DNA from: Phoronis australis
Taxonomy: Eukaryota > Animalia > Phoronida
Reading direction: 5' to 3'
DNA length: 64,000 bases
Assembly (NCBI GenBank): GCA_002633005.1
Contig: NMRA01000387.1
Span: 235,017 to 299,016, forward strand
Position 1 is the first letter of the stretch, and each line of letters opens with the position of its first letter. Positions 41,053 through 52,971 of this stretch are shown here, in pieces. A model generated the notes under the pieces. That model was not told where the DNA came from. It ran no database searches and was given only the letters and a program-made list of their open reading frames with translations. Both the position numbers and the translations under genes were made by a program.

Positions 41053-41136
41053 ATACCCGAAAAGTGCGTGGTCTGACTGAGAACTATGACTCGGAAGCTC
41101 AACGCTTCACCGTTCAGCACGTAGAAACTTCCGGAG
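41053..41136 (+). CDS. ADCY9: ADCY9 internal exon (84 nt, phase 1-1): (D)TRKVRGLTENYDSEAQRFTVQHVETSG
   Basis: Pyrimidine-rich acceptor ttttctattttctcaacttag, strong donor GAG|GTGAGT, open frame in the required phase, higher GC than the flanks. Confidence 0.8.
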
Positions 41137-42361
41137 GTGAGTGACATTTGTGTGTGACGTCAGATTCATAATCAACCATATACATACACCTAATGGTCAA
41201 AGCTTGTTACATGGATTGTCTGGCTAGAGAGCCATCTATTGAGGCATTCAAAATGATGTGGTGCCATCTTTTGGCAATTTTAGCATTGGATTCATGGGTG
41301 TGGATGTAATGATCTAAAATGGACCATTATCATATTTGCACACTTTCTTCAGTCTTTGCTTACTTTCATGTTAAATGTTCACTTATTTTGCACAAACATA
41401 AATCCCAAAAGTGTTGTTTTTGCACATTTCACACTTTGCCATAATTCTCCACTTATTTCACACGTTTATAATTGTCATTTTTCAAAAGCTGATTACTTTA
41501 TTTCAAATAAAGAAAAATTTATCAAAAGTTATTTTACGATATCAACGCAGTACAAGCCATGTTAATAATAGACTAAAATTTTCTGAATCTTTATTTTGGT
41601 GGGTAAATTTGACAAATAGACTTTCACTTGTTGATGGTATTGTGTGCTAAATACATGAAGTATTGTACCACTGGGGTTCAGAGTGTCAGTCAGATTCGTG
41701 AAGAATTTCCCAAAATAGGGCATCCAAAATGAGTGCCAATTTCTCGTGGTGCCCATGACTGTTATTATGACAAATTGCTTTAGTGTGTAGTATGTTACTA
41801 TGGAAACCTGGTTTTGCTATAAATTATCATTGTATGTCTTAATAATCCTATTTATTCTGGACAGGGCAGTGAGGTACCAGAGCTGCTACTGCAAGTTAAT
41901 ACGGACAATCATGCTTACTTGATTACTTCCAAATACTGAACAAGGCATCCTAAGCTTGGTTGTCGAAGTTCGTGTCAGGGTGTCCAATTAGACGCCCTCT
42001 GATGGCAATTTTTTCAAAAATCCTTAGAATTCATCGAAGTATGGTTAAGCTTCTTTGGCCACAAATACAGATCATTCTCCAAAAATGCAAAAAGATTAAC
42101 TTCATTTTTATCGTAGTTTGCGATGCCAATAGTTACTTACATGGGTCCTGGAAATTGAGAACTGGTATGGCGCTTGTTATTCAGTGGAGAAAATACAAAG
42201 TGCAGGACCCCTTTAAGGTTTCAGTGGTACAGTGAACTTTTTAAACAGTGAGAAAGGATAATTTCAGCAATTAGTGTCTTGCTCTATTTCTTTCAAACTC
42301 CACCACCTATACATTTGGGTTCTGGAGTTTGGTGTTAGAAATTGAAGTAACTATTTTTCAG

Positions 42362-42483
42362 TGATCAAGACATACTTTATCGTTTCCCGGAAGAAAAAGA
42401 CCTCGAACACTAGTGTATCTAGTCTGATGGACGCAGATGAAGAGGAAAAGGAGAAAGAGAACAACAATCAGGATGGATCGCTG
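42362..42483 (+). CDS. ADCY9: ADCY9 internal exon (122 nt, phase 1-0): (V)IKTYFIVSRKKKTSNTSVSSLMDADEEEKEKENNNQDGSL
   Basis: Acceptor ctatttttcag, donor CTG|GTAAGA. Encodes the conserved KTY[F/L]I motif that ends C1a in membrane adenylyl cyclases. Confidence 0.92.
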
Positions 42484-45400
42484 GTAAGATGACAAGCATG
42501 AACAGTTCCAGGTGCTTTGGTAATTCTTCAGTCGTTTCACCCAAATTAATACCCATTGCATTTTCTATTTTTCAAAAGTGTGGCTTCTTTGCGAAAACCA
42601 ATCGTAATTTTGTCACGTGAATTTATCAAGTGAAAGCCCTGCTAAAGAAATCCGAAAGGCATGCTTTATGGGGTAGAATTTCCTTAATGTTTATTTTCGT
42701 TGAGAAATTTAAATCTTTTTTCTATCTTGTTGACTGTGCTTAACGGTCAAAGAATTATCATAAGTGTTTCTGGCTTTTGTTGAGCTTCTCTTGTGGCATA
42801 TTGCATCTCTGGTTAGATTAGGTCATTAAGGAATGTGATCACGACACTAGCTCTCAATACCTCTTTTGTCATCACCATTGCCATTCCTGTAGTAGTGCTA
42901 GAAAGTTCTCTAGAGCACTGCTGCACTGTTTAATAAACTCCACTGGCCCTCTATTCTTTTGTTAACTGTTATAAGTATGTCAGTTTTATGGACACTTATT
43001 GTTTAAATAGAGCTGGCATTCTTGTGATTATAGCCAACATATGGCAAAAATTACTGTTCAGCATACAATATGGTGGACAAGTATGATTTGATATTGTCTT
43101 GGCAATTTCTCAAAAAAGGATACACAAAAACTTGGCTTTACTGTTGACACAATTTGCACAGTCACGGTGCACCTGTTATCACACTTCACTTGGTCAAAAT
43201 TTAAGCATTTGTCACTGTCACCTTGAAAAGTTGGAAGGTGACAATTTCAACGATCACTTTGCAAAGCTAGGAGGATTGTCTTGGTGATGATAACCAAAGC
43301 AACTCTTGAAGGATTACAATCAAAATTAAAAATGTGAACTTTCTGCCTGGTGACACTTGTTGCCTTGGTAAGACATTTAATTCTATATTCGTGCTATTTT
43401 GCCAACGTAACAATATATTTTGACTAACTTTCTTTAGTCTGTATCTCTTTCCTACTTTTGAATCGACCTTCGTGTAACTTCCCTTGTTCCTTGTCTTGTG
43501 CTGAACACATTTCACCCAATGCTACTATGAACCCATCCTCTGCCAAAAGTCTTGAATTAGGCCATTTACTGTCATAAAATGATCATCGAATTTACCCATA
43601 CTCCAATACGAAATGATCTCTGGTTGTAAATTCACTAATTTACAAATTTCCGGTGCTTCGGTATTTTGACGTATAGAGTTATGTTACGTGATGGGTAAAG
43701 TGAAGTAAAAAGATGTAGAATAAACATAAATAAGAAGATGGATTATATTTAAGACATGACCTGGTAAATTGACTTATCCCTTTGATCATTTTCACTGACA
43801 AGTTTTGCCTGATTACATGCGATAAGCAACTGTGCTTTCTTTCCAAGCATGTAAATCATTTCTAATCTAAGTAAGGAACAAGTCGAGACAAGTTTTACTG
43901 CAGTAACTGGTCAAAATCAAAAGTTTGCCTTTTCGGCAGACGGTGGATTGGTTGCAGCTTAGTCTATTCAGTGGCAATAGATGAAGTCGCACCTTGTATT
44001 GAGTTCTCTGGTCTCACCCTTTTTTGTTACAATGTTTTTGTTCTCTGTTTTGTTTTAACTTTACAGCCATTACTTAGCTGCCCCCTCTCAAGCCGGTGGT
44101 CTCTCAAGGTACACGCCTTTTACACACCGTCACAATTTCAGCCTTCAGTTTTGTCGGCCACTAATCGACTGTTTCACACAACAATCAAAAATTGCTTAAT
44201 CTCGAATTTGAAATTGTTTTCCTGATTCATTTCTAGTTGATACCGGATTTTGATCCTGGATGCTTTGGAGCAATAGTTCTCATTTTTTACAACAAATTGA
44301 TTATGGCTAGTCGCACTTTGCGGTATGATGTCCTCATTTTAAACTGGATATATGAAAGCCTTATTGAGCAGTTCTTCATAACGTGGCTATTATCTTGGGA
44401 CAGCCCGTTTCATGCGAGGTGGCAAGTGTCACATGTTTTGATTGTCAAGAATTGATTAGAATTGTGAGATAAGGTCAGGTGACACTTCATGTTTTATATA
44501 TAGCTCATTGGTATTGTTTTCAGCTTAATAGACCGCTTCATTCACATTTATCTTACCTTTAAGTTGAGCCATCTTCCGAAGTAGGCTTCAATAGATCACA
44601 AGTCAAATAATTTATTGTTTGGGGTCTGTTTCGTGAATAAGTGAATTAAGACTTCAAACAAATTGGTCCGTCACTCCCACTTCATAATTGCTGAAAAAGG
44701 GTTTAACAAAGTAATGAGATCGCGTTTTGTGAAATAGAACCCACGATTTCTCTTTCAGATTACAAAAAATCCAAGAGAGGGTAGTTATGTATTTGACTAG
44801 TAATCAGATTTCACATTTTCTCAGTACACCCCCATTGGACATCAGACTATAGGTTACAAGTCGACGTTGTATGATACATTAAAATGAAGTTTGCTTTCCT
44901 TTTCAAAGTGACCTTCAAAACCAATAGCAAGGCTGAAATTGTGCACTGCTTTATATACTATTAATACCACCCGAGTCTCTGGCAATGCACTGTATCACCC
45001 TAATTTGTTGTGCACTTACACATTCGTCTTGCATAAGAGTAATTTTAACCGATGACAGTTGCAGATGAAAACTATATAAAACTATGGAGCTATTGCACGA
45101 AACTTCAATGTGAGACATGGCTTGTGTGTCATTTTATGCACCGTCGCGTGGTCTCAAGGAATAACAAACTGTCAGTTCTTAGCAAGTAACCTAGAAACCA
45201 CTTCATATGAAGCCCGCTTCTTGGAAATAGCACGGGGTTACAACCACCTCAAAGTCCCAGACAGTGTCATTTAGGTCAAGGTGAAGTCATATCTGAAAAC
45301 TGGAGTATATCAAATTTATTTTGATTTACAGTGGTAAATCTTTGCGTTGAAACAATCATTGATCTCCTGCTGGTCCTTATGTATCTAGGAAGGCTTACTC

Positions 45401-45846
45401 TTGATCTTTAAAATCTTCAATAAAGCGTTCACCTGAAAAAATGAACCAGAGGTGTCGTTGCGCAGGACTTGCATAGCTACCTGACTTGGTTGTGTCTTAT
45501 TTTGGAACTTGTTTATTTTTTTGTTTACGAGTATGTTGTCTGTCGATCCTCTTGAATGTAAACCACTTGTCTGCCAGATGGCGCGGATAAAAATCAAAGT
45601 AGACGAAAAAATTGCTGTCGTGATGAATGTATTAATTTCAGAGTTTATTTTTACATTAAATACTCCACACTTTTTCTCACATTATGGTAACCAATCACTT
45701 TCATTTCTGAGGAACAGATTTCTTGAAAAACGTCTCAAATAGTATAAAGTAAAGCCACGAAACTATTCAGTCTTATAAGTAATGAAGACTTTGACATTTC
45801 TTGAAGAAAACGGATGTCATGATTTTTAACTGCCGAGTTCTCGGAC

Positions 45847-46224
45847 TTACGTGGTGTCCACACAAAGTGTTACCCTAGAACAACTTGAGCTTGTGCAACT
45901 TACCCCACTTTAAGTGGAGCGTCCATGCACACATATCAGATAACTGGTACATGTTTTCGCTCTGTGTATCAAAATGAACAGCTAATGCGAATGTGGTGGC
46001 TGGTAACTGCTTCCACTTTGCCCTAGGTTTGCGGCCAAACGGCAATTAGAAGTGGTGTTAGTTACCTTATAACAAGTTACCCTACCTTGATAAGGTGGGG
46101 TAAGTTGTCACAACTGGGGTAAGTTGCACTAGTTTAAATGGCATTCACACAGCACTAAACCTAGCGACAACTCATTCCAGTAGTAACTTGTTCTAGGGCA
46201 AGTCTGTGTGTGGACGGGACTTAA
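45847..46224. mobile_element. Palindromic Harbinger-like MITE
   Basis: GTCCACACA..CCCTAGAACAA..GTGCAACTTACCCCA on the left is mirrored by TGGGGTAAGTTGCAC..TTGTTCTAGGG..TGTGTGGAC on the right. Confidence 0.65.
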
Positions 46225-48396
46225 AAAACTTTAAAAAAAAACGGGTACACTTTTAGGTTATGAAATGAAGAAGGGAATTTGCAATTTTCATTGTAAAAAT
46301 GATGTTTGTGACAAATTCAACTGTTTACAGTGCTTTACTTTGTGTACTAATGCAATCTTTTGATAACAACCACCTGGGCATTATTTACGTAATCATAATA
46401 AGCTCCTGTGATCATCAAGGGTTTTAAAAGATGTAAAGTTTTATCTGTTTACTTAAAATAGAAACTTAAGAACATGCGATGCACTTATATGCAAACTTCC
46501 GATAAAAGCTCTTTGATGTTTGATTCAACCCTCATTTTGGAACTCTCAGTCACTAGCCCGTGGGCTTATATCCGAGTGGGTATGCGATTTTCAAATGGAT
46601 GCTCAGCAGTGTTGTCTTTGTATTTGCCTGACTGAATGCATGAGAATTGTGTCACTTAACCTTGTTACGGTAAAAATTCTCCAACTTGAGGCTGAAAAAT
46701 TGATTGAATAATTTCGCTTTATGTTGAAGTTTGTATCATATTTTAGAAATAGGTTATAGTGACTGTACGGAATTCAAGGAGTAAAATCAAGTATAAACTG
46801 TTCACTTCGATGTTAAACACAATGGAGACCTATTGAAATGTTGCGTTGCCCACTTGTTGGGTGATTTAGGACCTTTAAAGTCTATTTTTAGACTCACTTA
46901 ATACAAAATGCAGATAAACATGATGACTGTGCCAACATTGCAAATGTCCTGAATCTTCAGAATCAAGAAAATTCAATTTTTGCCTTAAATTTCAGTGTCC
47001 AAATTTTAGAAACAGTCCCAGTCTGGAGAATGTTTACTATATTCTGTAATTTATTGAGAATGGTCTTCGTTGTGCTTTATCATGGTAAATAGTCCTGGTT
47101 TTTCATCTTGCTCTCTGAAATATACTGATATTACTCTTTATGGTGTGTCGTCGTCCAATGAGGGACAGTTTACTGCCACTTCTTAAAAGTAGTCATGAAA
47201 ATGCGCTCTCTATCATTCACTCCTGTTGTCCAAAATGGCAGTCTTCAGTGAAGTCCTTATTGTCAGAGGCAGCATTTGAAGCTCCAATAAACATGTCATC
47301 TGTAGTTATTGCCAGTGTGGTAATAGCCACTTACAGGTGTCCCACATTTTAAGAACGAGTTTCCCCTATTGACTAACATGCATCAAACTGGTTCTCAAAG
47401 TCTGGGGGCCCCCCTGTATGTGACTATTACTAGTAGTGCTTTAGACCTTTAACTGTTATAAAGACCGATCTCTGTTGTCTTATTCCTTACTCACATTAGA
47501 AGAAATTTCTGGGCTTGGGAAAAACTGACCTTTCGGTATTGTTTTAAACCAGGAGTGTTTTTTGAAATGTGACTTAGTCTTAAGACAGACATTTGGTCTT
47601 ACACTCCACATTACAATTTCCGACAAATTATGAGATCTCACTTGATCAAAAGTGCATAGTATCAGAGAATATACACATGATAGTTGCTGCGATAATTTCA
47701 TATGAATTATTTTATTTGCTGCTTTTGTGCTTACTGTGCTAAACCTTTATTCACCAATTGTGAAGTGAAAGCGTAAGACCAAATTTATGTCATAAATCTT
47801 AGCTCACTTTCTTGAAAGGGACTTCCAGCTCAGAAAGTTGGCTTTGTGTGTGTGTGTCTTCTTATGTGCCAAAAGCAAAAGGTGTACGAAATAAGCTTTT
47901 TCTGTTACCAAAATCCAGGGTTGCTATTTGGCCTGTTGGCCATGATACTTTTGTCGCATTAAATGACCAACCAGGTGAAGCTAATTTTTTGAGTCTTGTC
48001 CCAAGCATAACAAGGTGTCAATTCTTCCAAATGCCACGCAGCTAGAAATGACAAATGACGTTGAGACCAGGCGTCTGTATAATGACAAGTGATTTGGTGT
48101 CGTGATCTTGCTTCACAATTGCTGAATAAAAGATAGCAAATTAAGTATGAGCGTGTCACAGTGTAGGAATTATTTATAGAAATTATCTCACTCAGTAAGT
48201 AGCAGTTATGTGTGTATCCTAGGAGGCTTTGCACTTTAGCTCAGAAATGGGCGTGTGGAGCCTGAGGCCAAATTTAAGTCCTTAAGTCACTAAATGAAAC
48301 AGTCCCCTGAATAAAGCAGCCAAAACGTTCTAAATATCAAGTTGAAATTTGGAACCAAGTAATTAATTTGTTTTAATCATCTCTTTTGTCTCGCAG

Positions 48397-48471
48397 GAGT
48401 CGACAAGCAACAAAGTCTCCCCTGAAACACCTTCCACGGACCACGTGTTGGAGCTGAATGACAAGTCCAAA
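48397..48471 (+). CDS. ADCY9: ADCY9 internal exon (75 nt, phase 0-0), C1b region: ESTSNKVSPETPSTDHVLELNDKSK
   Basis: Acceptor ctcttttgtctcgcag, donor AAA|GTAAGT. Only the phase-0 frame is open, as the flanking exons require. Confidence 0.8.
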
Positions 48472-48589
48472 GTAAGTGAACTCTGTGTTGGTCAGAGGGG
48501 CCGCCAAAGGCGTGACCAAAGGCATGGCCAATAGCGTGGCATTTGATGGAAAGCGATGCTTCATTTTGACATTTCTGAACCTATGTTAC

Positions 48590-48865
48590 TGATAGCTGAT
48601 GATGCAGATGTTGAATGACGACGATGACAAAGATGAGGATGACAGTCAGGATGACGGTGTTGATGATGATAACAAAGATCACAATGATCATTGATGGTGA
48701 TAATGATGATCATGGTGACGATGACGGCGACGATGATTATGATGATGGTGTTCATGATGATAACAATGATGATGTTGATGACGATGATGGCAATCAGTTT
48801 GACGGTGTGGATGATGAGGGCAGTGTTATTGATGATGATGGCAATCATGACAGTTTTGATGACAA
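48590..48865. repeat. Degenerate (GAT/GAC)n trinucleotide tract, intronic
   Basis: GATGATGAC-type low complexity with frame slips. Confidence 0.85.
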
Positions 48866-49455
48866 CATCACCTTGGTGCAAAGCCGTATACTAATTACAC
48901 AGCTTTCCGCCTATGTGGGTAAAAAACTGACCAGATAAAATTTGACACAAAATTAGTGTCATTAAAAACTACACTCATCCTTGAGTAAACTAAATTATTT
49001 ATCACTGTTGGAAAACTAGCTGTATATTCCAGGATGCGTAGAAGTAGGCCGATAGTCTCGGTACACGTAGAAGTGACCCAAAAGATAAACGCATCATCTG
49101 CATTGAAACCCCTTGTAGTGACGGATGTTGTCCTTAGCGTCTGAATTCATTTCGCTTTTGTATGGGGACTATTGGCCAGCTACTACATAGCCTGCAGCGT
49201 TATCAGAATCTGCTGACTCCAGACTTGGAGCATAATGAACACAAGGTACAATGCTCGTCGGGGGTAACGAGCTGGGTGCTTCATTGGGATCACAAAATCA
49301 TGGGGGGAAGGCTTTTACCTGAACATGAAATATTATTTCTCTGCGCAAGTAATGCAAGATTTGGCTCTAACTCTGTTATGCGAGTTTCGTACATTTTATG
49401 AGCTGAAATTTGCATTTACCAAGATACTAGTGCTCTCTGTATGTATTGGAATGAT

Positions 49456-49558
49456 GCGTTATCGTTGGTTGGCGTTGTCGTGGGTGGGTGTTATCATGAG
49501 CTTGTGTTATCGTGGGTATGTGTTGTCATGGGTGTATGTTGTCGTGAGTGGATGTTAT
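49456..49558. repeat. Degenerate 16-bp tandem repeat (GTGTTATCGTGGGTGT-like, ~6 units)
   Basis: GTTRTCRTGRG core recurs every 16 bp. Confidence 0.65.
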
Positions 49559-49962
49559 GCTGAAAATGGATGCTGGCCTGGATGAACAGGAAAGCTCGGA
49601 ATCCTAATTGTATATGATTGTAGTTTCTAGTTTCAAAGTTGAAGGTTGGATTTCAAGCCTTGGTCTCACGATTATAGTCATGCGCTGGTATTGTAAGACG
49701 AGTTGGCTGTTGCTGATCTCAACATTGAGGCTATGTATTCCAGTTTAGACATGGGATTGAAACTTGAAATTAAAGTCACTGAATGCAAAGTTGGGTTATG
49801 CGCTTATCTATGTTCAAGTAAAGTATTTGGTGATGTAGTCAAAAACTAGAGCAATATATTCAAATGAAATTGGAATCGGAAATGGAATTTGGTGATTGGA
49901 TTTTATACCCTAGTGCTTTTTTCTATGCTTGTATTTAACAGCCAAGGATATTTTCTTTCCAG

Positions 49963-50071
49963 TACACGGACACAAATGGTGTCGCCACAGCAACGTTATT
50001 ACGTCAACGACAGAGTGGTTTCTTTGCTGCCAGTGATATGGAGTTGGACAATCCATCAGACGACAGTACAG
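49963..50071 (+). CDS. ADCY9: ADCY9 internal exon (109 nt, phase 0-1), C1b region: YTDTNGVATATLLRQRQSGFFAASDMELDNPSDDST(A)
   Basis: Acceptor ttttctttccag, donor CAG|GTACCT. Supplies the phase 0->1 transition needed to join the terminal exon. An in-frame alternative acceptor lies 21 nt upstream (ttaacag ending at 49941). Confidence 0.82.
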
Positions 50072-50344
50072 GTACCTTAGTTTTCAAATAGACTGGGAAG
50101 TTTCCACGGGACTTTTCTGGACATCGTAAATGCATGTTATGCTATTTTAGAGAGCTGTTCAGCAACAAAATGGATTTTTTCGCAACAAAAACAGCACTGT
50201 TGTCAAAGTATACTTCACGATTATGTTCACAATTGTTTTAATTTTTGTGCACAGAAAGCAGGATTGCTGTAAGATGATACCAGATTTAAAACTTTAAATA
50301 GCCATTTTTGAAAAATTGGTAATAACCAACATCATGCGTTCTAA

Positions 50345-51039
50345 GGGCTGTTCCAGCAAAATCTGTGTGGGAGGGGNGGTATTTTTTGTCCTGTTAATGT
50401 TGACAGGTTGGTTACTTCAGCCCTCAAAACTCAAAACAAGCCAATACAAAAAAGCCCATATTGCTTGTGAACAGAGTGCAATATGTTCACTAAGCCATTA
50501 ATCAAGTCATGGGCAACTTGATTTGAGCCAACTGTTTGTCTGCAGTCCTATTGAATTGAAAAGTTATGCAACACTAAACTGGTGTTAACACATATAAGAA
50601 AATTGATGATTTCTAAATAAAAATTATGAGGAGTAAGATAAACAAGTTCCAATATTCACTTAACATAGAAGTATAAAAGATATCGTGGAGGCAGTTTGAG
50701 AATCATAGATCCTTATAATTGAAAAAAATGTTCATTGAAATTATAGACACATGCTGAACAGAGACACCTGGTGGCTGCCAAAAGTATTGCTCACAGGCTA
50801 CTTTAGTTTTTGACAATATTGGACAAGACAACTAGTTCATGTCTGTCAATCATCTAAGTTCTTAACAGGTCCTCCTGGAGGCAGTTTGTTTGCAAGTGTT
50901 GGATTTTATATTTTAACCTATTAAAAATAATTAAAAAATTATGGGTCATGGGTTGGAGAAATAAATGAAAAATATGGGCGGTGGGTACAAAATAAAAGTG
51001 CCTTCCCCCCCTCCCATACAGATTTTACTGGAACAGCCC
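50345..51039. mobile_element. PIF/Harbinger-type MITE with TAA TSD
   Basis: ~32-bp TIRs GGGCTGTTCCAGCAAAATCTGTGTGGGAGGGG / CCCCTCCCATACAGATTTTACTGGAACAGCCC, flanked by TAA on both sides; N at 50377. Confidence 0.85.
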
Positions 51040-51097
51040 TAACATCTCAAGGTGTAAGATCTGTCGTAAAATTTGATTCTGTAGGAGAAGGGAGATT

Positions 51098-51263
51098 CAT
51101 AGGCAGCTTGAGAAGATGCCAGGGGGCCCAGGCCCCCTACGGACTTGACCAAATTAAATTATAGAAAATAGTGCCATAGAATGTCGTTTTAGGACCCTTG
51201 CTAACATTTTCCATGGAAAATTGTGGTTGGGACCACCCCTACAACATCTTCAATCTGCCTGTG
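51098..51263. mobile_element. Short hAT-type MITE with apparent 5-bp TSD
   Basis: TIRs CATAGGCAGCTTGA / TCAATCTGCCTGTG (12/14); AGATT on both flanks. Confidence 0.6.
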
Positions 51264-51954
51264 AGATTTTCAAAATGGTCAAAAGTTACCCTGCAGTTAC
51301 TCTTTTTTATTACTTTGACTGGAAGGACTAATTATAACAAATTGAGTATCAACCATCAAAAACATAGTTTTTTTAATGTGCAAACACAGTGGATGTGGGG
51401 ATGGGTTAATATGTCAGCTTCCAATTTCGTGACAGAAAAAGATTCCTACTCGCCATTTTCCCAAAACTGGCGACTTTGTTATCCAAAAGTCATTTTTAGA
51501 CCAAATATTTGCCAAAATGTTGAACACAATCCTTGTTTGTTATTGGTTTGCGTGTAAATGACATACCCTGCTTGTGACTTTAGTGATCATGCAACATAGT
51601 GACTCAATTTCAAGCCAGTATCACTGATAGCTAGATCTATATGTGAATTTTAATATGTACTGTTGACTATTACATGAACAACGGGACTTAGAATTATAAA
51701 GAAGCGCTTAAACCATACTTCAAGTGACCAGTCACACACTAACAACCCTTGAATACAGTACATGCCTAAAATAATCTAAGTGACCCGGAATTCTCCATCA
51801 TTACTGATAAGCACAATCCCTGTTACGACTGTTGTGTGCAAGCTTCAAGCCTATCTTCAACGGTAACACCTGTAAATTCGGTTTCTACACTATGTTAAGA
51901 CCATCGCTCTGAGCCAACTAGTGCCATAAATTGCCAAATGTAATGAACTGCAAA

Positions 51955-52149
51955 GCGTATTGGTTTGTTTTTGTCTACGTCATCGCGAGAATCACCTTTT
52001 AATTCAAACAGCTTTTGAATAACACCTGCACGCAATGGTGTTCTATTCAGACCACAATTCAATACAATTGTTGTCTACCTTTTGTTGTTTGTGCTGGGAT
52101 CTCGTGGTGACGCAACATGGCACGAAAAGGTAGCTTCACCTATCATTAG
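51955..52149 (-). repeat. Interspersed repeat, inverted copy of 23808-23991
   Basis: Reverse-complement alignment by eye over ~190 bp. Confidence 0.85.
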
Positions 52150-52971
52150 ACGGGCTTACACTTGCGCGATTGTACTCTCGTTTTCTTATTTTACTAAGGC
52201 TTTGTGAGGACTATCTGGTTAGCCCAATACATGTAAAATAACAAAATTCCATTAAAGTTAATATGCTTTAATTCACAATAAAAGTACCTTGAATGAGCCC
52301 ATCACGACTGGTTGTGACGAGTCATCACCTGTCCCGACGAGGAAACTATTTTGTCCGATTGTTTTTGGCGTGTTGGTGTACTGTGTATAAAGATGTTGTT
52401 CACTTTAAGGAAACTTAAAATGCTATTCAGTAAATGATTTTAAAACTAATTTGCATTCCTAAGGATGGATTCAGAACCATGGCCAGAGATGAAGTCTGAC
52501 AATGGGGAGACGTAGGGGGCTCTGTATAATCCTCCATTGCAGTTATAATACAAAAATGATCACCGCCTGCTGGAAACCCAATTTAGACCACTCTCTGCTA
52601 TAAAACATCTTTAGTTACCTTGTTCTTTACTCAACTGAGAAATAATTCCTGTTTTTGGAAACTTTGTTATTGTCTGAAACTATGTTTGGCAGATGAAAAA
52701 CTGAGTCCTTGAGCCTAGTTCTAAGCAATAACAAACTATAGGTTCATTTCAGGCACAAGAATTGTTATATAAGAAGGATGGGTTTTCCACAGCCAGAAAT
52801 AACCTCTAGTTTGAGTAAGGAAATATTTGAGGCCAATTTTTTAATGGCACTTTGTTTGAATCAAAAGTTTATGATGTATGATGAGTTTACGGTAGCTTTA
52901 ATATGTAATATGCTTAGTTTTCTTGTTGCTATTAATGACCTGTTACCGTCATGTGTCACTTTCTGTTGCAG

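Noticed and set aside
48561-48938. Asp-rich, Met-rich and Ile-rich ORFs (possible acidic biomineral protein)
   Set aside because: Translation of a degenerate (GAT)n tract; the acidic frame shifts and there is no signal peptide or convincing splice site.
52923-52971. N-terminal MLLLMTCYRHVSLSVA of the 561-aa ORF as a stand-alone gene or signal peptide
   Set aside because: Intronic read-through upstream of a clear acceptor at 52970-52971.
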